Shown: piece by piece, positions 28,868-30,454 of the stretch | Position numbering within the stretch: the first letter of the stretch is position 1 | Layout: each line of letters begins with the position of its first letter | Source of the DNA: Stramenopiles sp. TOSAG23-6 | Lineage: Eukaryota | NCBI GenBank assembly: GCA_900128565.1 | Contig: LT635910.1 | Location: 62,001-92,454, forward strand | DNA length: 30,454 nt | Direction of reading: 5' to 3' | Notes under the pieces: generated by a model | Seen by the model: the letters and a program-made list of their open reading frames with translations, nothing else | What the model was told of the DNA's origin: nothing | Databases searched by the model: none | Program-made: the position numbers and the translations under genes

Positions 28868-29184
28868 ATGATTACGTTCCCTTGATTTAGGATACTGTAT
28901 AATGCATTATTTCTAAGCTGCTCGCTTCAGAAACTTTCCTGGGAAAGTAAGTTTACTCGCTCCAGGGAAAGAGCTAATAACAGAGGTAGCTGGAATCAAT
29001 ATGAGAATCTTCAACTATTTAGTAATAGATAGCTACTTATTCTTGAAAAAAAAAAGCTTTTGATTTGATTTGAAATGCATTTGAAATTCTTTGAAATTAA
29101 AAAAAAATTTGAAATTTCAAATTTTGAATAAAAATATTGTTACCCGGGACTAATTTTATTATTGAATTGAATTAGTAGTAGTAA

Positions 29185-30417
29185 TTACTCCAATAATGAT
29201 TTGATTTCTTGAACTTCTGAAATTGCTTTTGGGTGATTTGGTTCCAATTGTAACACAGAAGAAAAATCTTTTAGTGCCCCTTTGTATTTCATCAATGCCT
29301 TTCGAGCTAGGCCTCTACGGAAGTGAGCTTTTAATCTCAAAGTTTTCTTAGAATCATCATTTTCTGTTGCCATAACTAAAGCAACAGAAGCGTCTTGTTC
29401 TGCTTTTTTGTTGTCACCTTTCTGTAAAAACACAGCGGCGCGATTGCAATAAGCAGCAATGTTTTGTGGGAAAGTTTGAATTGAATCAGAATATGCTTTA
29501 ATTGCACATTGTATATTGCCTTCGGTAAAATATTTATTTCCAAGATTTCTGTATTCTTCAGATAAAATATTCTTCGGTTTCGTTTTGGATGTATCAATAG
29601 TTTTTGCTCCCAGTTTTGTACTTGTATTAGTTGATGATTTCATAATTGGTATATTTTGCTTTGTTATTTTACTTTCATCCTGCTTTCTGTTAATTCCAAA
29701 TTTTCCAAGCAAACGTTCTTGATTTCTCAATACATCAGCATCAGTTCGAAATTGTTTTTCTCTATTTAAATTTATCTTATCCTGTTTCGCTTGAAGTAAC
29801 TTTTCCACTTCAGCCTCATTACGCTTTTCTGCAGTAGATATATGTGAACGATATCGCTCGTGAGCAGTGAAATGTTCTGATATTGTATCATTTTCAATTT
29901 TTACTGCCTCGGAAATATTTTTGGCAACAAACGCCTGCATTTCTAGTTCAGCAGAACTTACATCAATCTCTTCTTGTTTGTTTGATTTCATATTGTTGCT
30001 ATTATGGAAAAACTGAATATTACTAGGCTTGTTATTTTGACACAATAAAAGTAACACTCGAAGTCTTTCAAGTACACTTCGTTTTTTGTTGGTACTTTCA
30101 TCATTAGGCTCACTAGTTTCATGCGAAAACTCATCAATATCTAAATGCCTCTTTATAGCTTCTTGTTTTATTAAAATACGACCTTGTTCCCGTGGTAACT
30201 TAGCTATAGTTTCAAGTGATGACATCACGAGGCGAATGATAATTAAACTTGAATTTTCTTCAGTGTTATCAAAGGCAACCATCATTGCTTCTTCTTCTAA
30301 AATGAGATCATCGCCAGCATTTGCCAATAGTTCCACACATCCAGAAGTAATTAACTGAGCACCGTTTCGATTAATATTTTGATCATCATTATTATTCTCC
30401 AATAAAAGTCCATTCTT
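29185..30417 (-). CDS. TPR-containing protein (carboxylate-clamp type 3-TPR module at the C-terminus), 5'-partial
   Basis: SEEYRNLGNKYFTEGNIQCAIKAYSDSI...AYCNRAAVFLQKGDNKKAEQDASVAL...KAHFRRGLARKALMKYKGALKDFSSVLQLEPNH. No ATG start; the ORF runs into the inverted terminal segment. Confidence 0.85.
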   Translation of the reverse strand, partial: KNGLLLENNNDDQNINRNGAQLITSGCVELLANAGDDLILEEEAMMVAFDNTEENSSLIIIRLVMSSLETIAKLPREQGRILIKQEAIKRHLDIDEFSHETSEPNDESTNKKRSVLERLRVLLLLCQNNKPSNIQFFHNSNNMKSNKQEEIDVSSAELEMQAFVAKNISEAVKIENDTISEHFTAHERYRSHISTAEKRNEAEVEKLLQAKQDKINLNREKQFRTDADVLRNQERLLGKFGINRKQDESKITKQNIPIMKSSTNTSTKLGAKTIDTSKTKPKNILSEEYRNLGNKYFTEGNIQCAIKAYSDSIQTFPQNIAAYCNRAAVFLQKGDNKKAEQDASVALVMATENDDSKKTLRLKAHFRRGLARKALMKYKGALKDFSSVLQLEPNHPKAISEVQEIKSLLE

Positions 30418-30454
30418 AGCAAAATATACCAATTATGAAATCATCAACTAATAC
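30418..30454. repeat. 37-bp exact inverted copy of 29624-29660 at the window end
   Basis: Reverse complement of 30418-30454 is gtattagttgatgatttcataattggtatattttgct, identical to 29624-29660. Confidence 0.95.

Overview
AT-rich, gene-dense, intron-poor nuclear DNA from a unicellular eukaryote (standard genetic code; ~100-nt GT-AG introns; protist, possibly a marine stramenopile, which is inference only). Scattered single Ns and a 37-bp inverted copy at the window end suggest a single-cell/MDA or population consensus assembly. Genes in order: TUG/ASPSCR1-like UBX protein with a PUB domain (+); mitochondrial-type acetyl-CoA synthetase (-, odd intron); tRNA-Ser(GCT); CCDC191/Sfi1-repeat-like protein (+); secretory SAM methyltransferase (+); hexokinase (+); folate-receptor-family Cys-rich protein (-); coiled-coil protein (-); bacterial-like M24 hydrolase (-); a ~3285-aa IP3-receptor-family channel (+); EF-hand protein (-); partial TPR protein (-). 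The standout is the IP3R: a complete S1-S4 voltage-sensor domain is inserted in frame into a variable loop of its cytosolic region, its IP3-coordinating residues look degenerate, and its filter reads GGGIGE. It is a candidate single-polypeptide voltage-coupled intracellular release channel. All family assignments come from motifs recognised by eye; no searches were run.
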